A stretch of DNA of 64,000 nucleotides, from NCBI RefSeq assembly GCF_037042905.1, contig NC_087252.1, forward strand, positions 25,050,001-25,114,000, written 5' to 3'. The position numbers were made by a program, and so were the translations under genes. Each line of letters opens with the position of its first letter. Position 1 is the first letter of the stretch. Under the pieces are notes generated by a model. The model saw only the letters and a program-made list of their open reading frames with translations, did no database searches and was not told the DNA's origin. Below, in pieces: positions 61,701 to 64,000 of the stretch. The stretch comes from Lytechinus pictus. Taxonomy: Eukaryota.

Positions 61701-64000
61701 TTACTGATTAAAAGGAAATATTTTGGCTTTTTATGACAAAAAAAAGTTGCCAAGGATTGCCATACAAAAATAATTTAAAAAGCAGGACAAACAAAGAAAT
61801 ACGTAAGAAATTTAAAAAGCAGTAAAATACATAGGAATTATAAAATACATGTACATACAATTATATGAATACTAAAATGAGTGCACACCCACTAAATTAC
61901 TAGTATTGGAGCTATACTTTTAGTTTACAGCCAAAATATGATTTTACGCATTAATTAGCATAACTAATTAATTATAAATAAAGCCCCCCCCCGGGCTATG
62001 CCATTTCAAAATAGCCCAGGGTATGAAGGGTTCCAGGGAAAATTTGTGGCATCTCATAAAGCACAAGGAAGAGTCGCAAGTTGTGCGTAATTTCCTGTAA
62101 TTTACAAGCAGATTGGTTCAACCCCACTTGGACATTGGGGCTCTGTTCATGTAAATCGCATGCAGAAAATAGTCTTGATATCAAGCACTTAACCCACTGC
62201 CTACTGGAACCGGATTGGCCCCAGTATTAAGTCTATGGAACCCAGGACCAAAATCCAGTTAAAACCAATTAGGGCAAAACCAATTGAAACCAGTTGGCCA
62301 ACTGGTTTCAATAGGGAAATTGGAACAACTGGTTCCAATTGAAAACCAGTTGCCAATTGGTTCCAGTTAAAACCAATTGGGCAACTGGAACCAGTTGGCA
62401 ATTGGTGCAGTTGTTCCAATTTCCCTATTAAAACCAATTGAATCCAATTGGAGGCAACTGGTTTCAATTGGTTCCAGTTGAAACCAATTGGAGGCAACTG
62501 GTTTCAACTGGAACCAGTTGAAACCAATTGGTTTCCAACTGGATCCAATTGGAACTAATTGGAATGAACTTAATTAGTTACAAATTAATTAGCATTTGCA
62601 CTAACTATTGCTCATTTGCCAACACAGAAGCAGTATTATATGTCTATTAATACCAATGTAAAGGGCATTGATAAAATACAGACTTTCATATGTATATATT
62701 ATATGGAAGATCTTCAAATATATGTATTTTTATTTGATGTAATTTGGTAACAGTTAGTGGTGTACTAATTATCCTTTAATCTGTTTTAATTATAATCTAT
62801 AACATTCATGAACATGGTTTTCACTGCTAAGTATTCTAAATACTTATCTTTAAAAAGTGTGGCACTTGAAATTGAAAAGAATTAAATAGATACATTGTTA
62901 ATGATGATGGATCTCATAAAACATTAATCTGTGCACACTGGCAGATAATATGCAAATTAACTGGTTTCAATTGGATCCAGTTGGGTAACTGGAAAATTTC
63001 CAATTAGAAACCAATTGGAAATCATTTCCAGTTACCCAACTGGTTCCAGTTTTATTTCCAGTTACCCAACTGGTTCCAATTAGAATTCATTTCCAGTTAC
63101 CCATCTTTCCAGTTAGAAGTCATCTCCAGTTACCCAATTGGTACCAGTTAGGATTTCCAGTTACACAACTGCATGGTTCAAGTTAGGATTTCCAGTTACC
63201 CAACTGGTTCCAGTTAGAAATCATTTCCAATTGGAAGTCATTTCCAGTTACCCAACTGGTTCCAGTTAGGATTTCCAGTTGCCCAACTGGGGGATTTCCA
63301 GTTACTCAACTGGTTCCAGTTAGAAATCATTTCCAATTGGAAGTCATTTCCAGTTACCCAACTGGTTCCAGTTAGAAATCATTTCCAGTTGGAAGTCATT
63401 TCCAGTTACCCAACTGGTTCCAGTTAGGATTTCCAGTTGCCCAACTGGTTCCAGTTAGGATTTCCAGTTGCCCAACTGGTTCCAGTTGGGATTTCCAGTT
63501 ACTCAACTGGTTCCAGTTAGAAATCATTTCCAGTTGGAAGTCATTTCCAGTTACCCAACTGGTTCCAGTTAGGATTTCCAGTTGCCCAACTGGTTCCAGT
63601 TAGGATTTCCAGTTGGGATTTCCAGTTACTCAACTGGTTCCAGTTAGAAATCATTTCCAATTGGAAGTCATTTCCAGTTACCCAACTGGTTCCAGTTAGG
63701 ATTTCCAGTTGCCCAACTGGTTTCAATTGGTTTCAACTGGAAATTGTTAAATTCCAGTTAAAACCAATTGAAACCAGTTAAAACCAATTGAAACCAATTG
63801 AAACCAGTTGGAAATCCAACTGGTTTCAATTGGATTTTGGTCCTGGGAAATTACAGAATTCAGTAGTCAGCGGGTTAATAGCTAGGCCACACCTACTTGC
63901 AATATCGGTTGGTCTAATGGTAATAGAGAATCCTCGGGCCGACCCAGCTCCGCAGTGATACGAGATCCAGGCGGTGCTATCAGGGAGGACAATCTCTCTT
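17493..64000 (-). CDS. Multi-exon gene (5'-incomplete) for a mosaic extracellular CUB/LDL-receptor class A repeat protein; at least 4 CUB and 10 LDLa modules in the window
   Basis: 14 exons read manually, one domain each. The 12 complete internal exons have AG/GT boundaries, lengths divisible by 3 and phase-1 ends. TAG stop at 17495-17493. Confidence 0.9.
18417..18770 (-). CDS. CUB exon (354 nt), cysteine-free
   Basis: [24 protein letters not shown]...[16 protein letters not shown]...[34 protein letters not shown] acceptor, GTAATT donor. Confidence 0.9.
19670..19810. repeat. (ATC/ATT)n microsatellite
   Basis: Direct inspection. Confidence 0.85.
19825..19863 (-). ncRNA. Minimal type-I hammerhead-like motif (Penelope-type) with a core variant
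   Basis: GCCT-CCGATGAA-GATTCT GCT AGGATC-GAAAGCTT-AGGC: stem I, near-canonical core, stem II, palindromic stem III. Confidence 0.6.
20643..20765 (-). CDS. LDLa exon (123 nt)
   Basis: [43 protein letters not shown] acceptor, GTAAGT donor. Not in the ORF track. Confidence 0.88.
21255..21819. mobile_element. Second copy of the CCCGGG-ended MITE, opposite orientation
   Basis: TSD GTAAAAAG on both sides. A deleted fragment of the family lies at ~10018-10102. Confidence 0.88.
22408..23172. mobile_element. piggyBac-like MITE related to 33086-33852 (inverted), nested
   Basis: CCCTAAATCTCC ... GGAGAATTAGGG|TTAA; shares internal sequence with 33086-33852. Confidence 0.78.
23743..25319. mobile_element. 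hAT-like non-autonomous element, nested
   Basis: CAGCGGCGTAACAGG ... CCTGTTACGCCACTG; 8-bp TSD ATTTTCAA. Confidence 0.85.
26746..26871 (-). CDS. LDLa exon (126 nt)
   Basis: [44 protein letters not shown] acceptor, GTAAGT donor. Confidence 0.87.
26985..27165 (-). mobile_element. 3'-terminal fragment of a non-LTR retrotransposon (frameshifted)
   Basis: CECG / [23 protein letters not shown]-stop, a CCHC-type C-terminal motif, followed by a GAA/GAG-rich tail. Confidence 0.55.
27482..27945. mobile_element. hAT (Charlie-like) MITE
   Basis: CTGTGCTTCTCAAC ... GTTTGAGAAGCACTG; degenerate CCTTA.. TSD. Confidence 0.65.
29163..29303 (-). CDS. LDLa exon (141 nt)
   Basis: [49 protein letters not shown] acceptor, GTAAGA donor. 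Confidence 0.88.
29860..30350. mobile_element. Palindrome-ended repeat of similar architecture, possibly Crypton-type
   Basis: Imperfect ~180-bp palindrome centred near 29945, then TATATGACA ... TGTCATATA. Confidence 0.4.
30805..31146 (-). CDS. CUB exon (342 nt)
   Basis: [43 protein letters not shown]...[24 protein letters not shown] acceptor, GTGAGT donor. Confidence 0.9.
31555..32265 (-). mobile_element. Truncated copy of the same Helentron-like family
   Basis: Same internal repeats and the same ATGCAGGTGAGAC end. Confidence 0.68.
32527..33081. mobile_element. TTAA MITE (AGGAGAATGAAAC family)
   Basis: Long TIRs and TTAA flanks; related inverted copy at 39261-39844. Confidence 0.82.
33086..33852. 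mobile_element. piggyBac-like MITE
   Basis: TTAA|CCCTATCTAGGCCGGGG ... CCCCGGCCTAGATAGGG|TTAA. Confidence 0.88.
33874..34100 (+). mobile_element. tRNA-derived SINE (related fragment at ~32340-32505)
   Basis: A-box-like CTCAGTCGGTAGAGCG and B-box-like GGATTCGATTCCC, followed by a non-tRNA body and (TCTA)n tail. Confidence 0.7.
34269..34406 (-). CDS. LDLa exon (138 nt)
   Basis: [48 protein letters not shown] acceptor, GTAGGT donor. Not in the ORF track. Confidence 0.87.
34729..35676 (-). mobile_element. Helentron-associated (DINE-1/HINE-like) non-autonomous element with internal TGACCTTTGACC tandem repeats
   Basis: 13-bp subterminal inverted repeats GTCTCACCTGCAT, nearby partial IR, (GCC)n tract, ~140-180-bp internal units, A/T-run flanks. 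Confidence 0.7.
35708..35833 (-). CDS. LDLa exon (126 nt)
   Basis: [44 protein letters not shown] acceptor, GTAAGA donor. Not in the ORF track. Confidence 0.87.
36435..36845. mobile_element. hAT-like MITE
   Basis: TAGGGTTCCCAGC ... GCTGGGAACCCTG; internal TTCCCTGA repeats. Confidence 0.65.
36861..37091. mobile_element. Short fold-back MITE (Harbinger-like)
   Basis: GGCCCCCGTCTTACAAAGAGTTG ... CAACTCTTTGTACGGCGAGTCC. Confidence 0.55.
37260..38225 (-). repeat. ~120-130-bp tandem array: 7 extra copies of an LDLa exon 3' end, splice donor and poly-C tract
   Basis: Plus-strand GAGTACT(C/T)ACGGCAGCCTGCT(T/A)CATCGCTGTTATC occurs 8 times; the last copy overlaps the real exon. Confidence 0.95.
38190..38303 (-). 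CDS. LDLa exon (114 nt)
   Basis: [40 protein letters not shown] acceptor, GTGAGT donor. Confidence 0.9.
38530..38959. mobile_element. hAT-like MITE with 6-bp TSD
   Basis: CAGACCTGCTAAC ... GTTGGCATGTCTG; GAGATA on both sides. Confidence 0.65.
39261..39844. mobile_element. TTAA MITE (same family as 32527-33081)
   Basis: TTAA|AGGAGAATGAAAC ... GTTTCATTCTCCT|TTAG. Confidence 0.82.
40400..40537 (-). CDS. LDLa exon (138 nt)
   Basis: [48 protein letters not shown] acceptor, GTAAAG donor. Confidence 0.88.
41388..41729 (-). CDS. CUB exon (342 nt), cysteine-free
   Basis: [24 protein letters not shown]...[11 protein letters not shown]...[28 protein letters not shown] acceptor, GTGAGT donor. Confidence 0.88.
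41833..41951. repeat. (AAT)n microsatellite
   Basis: Direct inspection. Confidence 0.9.
42355..42575 (-). mobile_element. tRNA-derived SINE (relatives at ~59845-60100 and ~12105-12262)
   Basis: Minus strand GTCGTGGTCTAGTGG...GGGTTTGATTCC head; core CACCTGGGT..AGTG shared among the three copies. Confidence 0.65.
42616..42744 (-). CDS. LDLa exon (129 nt)
   Basis: [45 protein letters not shown] acceptor, GTAAGA donor. Confidence 0.88.
43030..43313. repeat. 147-bp minisatellite, ~2 units (left part, separated from the rest by the insertion)
   Basis: Same unit sequence as 57079-58650. Confidence 0.9.
44565..46170 (+). repeat. 5' LTR (1606 bp)
   Basis: Direct repeat of 52257-53862 with a constant 7692-bp offset at both ends; AATAAA near 46038. 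Confidence 0.96.
46280..51889 (+). CDS. BEL/Pao Gag-Pol polyprotein (Gag, Zn knuckles, aspartic protease, RT, RNase H, integrase)
   Basis: Open frame 46193-51889, first ATG at 46280. Motifs in order: [13 protein letters not shown] (Gag), three Cys/His knuckles, AILDDQS (protease), KIRVVFDCS and FYVDD (RT), HHFSDAS..TIPRLEL..WTDS..NPAD (Pao RNase H), HH..CC, DYFGP, SDQG, GGVWE (integrase). Confidence 0.95.
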   Translation: MANIDGKNLVSEATRVDLQRTSSSLPEMMDKYPKPARSLASRKSAKSEMLIKAFQAELDVMDKEDNIKILQREHEHAMQLERAQMELKRLKLQKEHQQKLAELAESEDELSNTSIKLPEETKEESVQRFFESQSTDEGNIQTQAPPVPATRNEVKHKPTNAAPGMENVVESLAKVANMMMNQNATSQQVLAASQLPKVDVPVFNGDPLRYPLWRNAFSSFVDSKPLDAATKLHMLHTYVTGEPKKVVEHYLLLGTDEAYLKARESLANRYGNTSVVSSAFMKKLDSWPRISDRDPSGLRSFADFLQQVSVAKETVDSLGILDYPQENVKLLRKVPFYLERKWRDEVAKWQRCGYGSYPTFARFVDFVTSAAEVANIPELEYTRLDEAKVKSAPPKGKTFQGRSLSTTAAHGKEYSSCPYCDKDHHIDDCPEFKQIYYKDKKTFFFKKYLCMGCGQSSNHLGKDCKQRRECKRCKGNHLTCLHRQKIEKSSASSNCTNICDLPDQDGKDHCMIVPVWVRQADDPSREFLEYAILDDQSNVGFVSSGLCDRMGVKGPETDLLLTTMHESARISCQKISGLEVLDFQKSTVVQLPSCYTRQEVPAKRSQIPKVEVLRKWRHLAPIADELMPYNPSIKVSLLIGNNCPRAIRPREVLAGAEDDPYAMKTSLGWGVVGRVCQSSQSDDAVCNRIQTSEGYPHLVHSSQAKEVFTPESVLKILERDFQMTSPKGAPLSVKEARFMAILENGIRKRSDGHYQMPLPLKSDQVTFPDNKILAVKRWRQLSARFRKNQKFLDDYKTFMDDVITNYAERVPDDCLKVRDGRVNYIPHTGVYHPHKPDKIRVVFDCSAKFEGVSLNDHLLQGPDLMNGLLGVLCRFRKEEVAFMADVKGMFLQFYVNEEDRNLLRFLWYEGGDETKEAVEYRMKVHLFGAASSPGCSNFGLRRAATDGEEEFGSSAAEFIRRDFYVDDGLSSRPTAEEAVQLLKNSQAICAKSGLKLHKIVSNSREVLKSFPADERAKSLQDLDLDVDKLVLERVLGVSWNIENDTFNFRVQVKANSFSRRGVLSTISSIYDPSGFLGPVVLKGKRILQAMCKMNMDWDESMTDEQRSEWEKWLLDLQHLGDLQLKRCYKPSRFGKVKQVEVHHFSDASQDGYGQCSYLRLINEDDKVHCSFVIGKARVTPLRPITIPRLELTAATLSAKSSTFLKSELEYDSVKEFFWTDSKVVLGYIKNEARRFHIFVANRVQTIREQTDPDAWYYVDTKENPADGASRGISAKELTSSHCWFRGPDFLWNDGLFAPPGDDPCTVDDHDPEVKHASVLRTEATTKVSTGQFESNRLDCFSSWHSAKKAVARCIQLKTSLKKRANQHTRTRSRSVEATIPKVVTVSELQEAEKVIIRGLQQENFPQELQILKELDKTGEMSRHEVPTRNAALKKTSALFRLDPFLDDDGVIRVGGRIHRANLSSNIRHPVIIPRKSYVTTLLIRDAHHRTQHSGRGITHNELRQRGYWVIGGVSAVSQCISSCVTCRRLRGQPLQQKMADLPEERVEPSPPFSYCAVDYFGPFLIKERRSEVKRYGVLFTCLSSRSVHLETANSLSSSAFINALRRFMNRRGAVRHLRSDQGTAFVGARNELKEALSEMDQGKVQEYLLENGCDWIPFKMNVPHASHMGGVWERQIQSVRRALEPLLKSSGSQLDDEAFRTFMTEAEAIINSRPLTTTNLSDSEAPEPLTPHHILTAKPKVILPPPGVFQREDVYSRKWWRRVQHLANEFWLRWRKEYLQGLQERRKWTSTEKDLTIGDIVISKEEEGGRYKWPLARVIDVYPSADGRIRKVKLLMADGQLDNNGKRQSPPTKFDRPVNKLVLLLPNQQ
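52257..53862 (+). repeat. 3' LTR (1606 bp)
   Basis: As above; preceded by a short purine-rich AAAGGAGCCA. Confidence 0.96.
57079..58650. repeat. 147-bp minisatellite, ~10.5 units (right part)
   Basis: TATGACTTAC recurs at 57079, 57226 and onward; gives 49-aa periodic pseudo-ORFs. Confidence 0.95.
58830..59625. repeat. Diverged ~250-260-bp tandem repeat related to the 147-bp unit
   Basis: AATGACT(A/C)ACTTGGACAT..GTTTCAT recurs near 59014, 59275 and 59526. Confidence 0.7.
60348..60615. mobile_element. hAT-like MITE
   Basis: CACTTGCGGATCCAGG ... CCTGGATCAGCCCCTG; 8-bp TSD GGATAATC. Confidence 0.75.
61229..61384 (-). CDS. LDLa exon (156 nt)
   Basis: [54 protein letters not shown] acceptor, GTAAGT donor. 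Confidence 0.88.
62241..63847. mobile_element. CACTA/EnSpm-type non-autonomous element with CAATTG/CCAGTT-based subterminal repeats
   Basis: Perfect 17-bp TIR CCCAGGACCAAAATCCA, 2-bp TSD AA. Confidence 0.82.
63897..64000 (-). CDS. CUB-domain exon, 3' part only (runs off the window edge)
   Basis: Translates ..[34 protein letters not shown], then a phase-1 donor GTAGGT. Resembles the end of the CUB exon at 30805-31146 ([14 protein letters not shown]). Confidence 0.8.

Noticed and set aside
62201..63726. ORFs with NWNQL repeats
   Set aside because: Translations of the subterminal arrays of the CACTA-type element.

Overview
AT-rich eukaryotic (metazoan) genomic DNA, probably an invertebrate deuterostome such as a sea urchin; this is inferred from the repeat types only. 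The window holds the 3' part of one minus-strand multi-exon gene, whose start lies beyond the right edge. I can read 14 coding exons, all bounded by phase-1 GT-AG introns. They encode [..]CUB-LDLa2-CUB-LDLa4-CUB-LDLa3-CUB-LDLa-stop, with no transmembrane segment in the window. The introns and downstream region are full of transposable elements, often nested. The main ones are an intact BEL/Pao LTR retrotransposon (1606-bp LTRs, TAGGG TSD) inside a TIR element inside a 147-bp minisatellite, and a Ginger-like element holding a CACTA-type element holding a MITE. There are also TTAA-, hAT-, Helentron- and SINE-type elements. The most unusual observations are: (1) an intronic tandem array whose units each look like a short intron plus a 36-nt in-frame micro-exon encoding the acidic half of an LDLa module; (2) a BEL element with no tRNA primer site but a Tf1-like self-priming complement; (3) Penelope-type minimal hammerhead motifs on the sense strand of the host introns. 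All calls were made by eye; no alignments or database searches were run.
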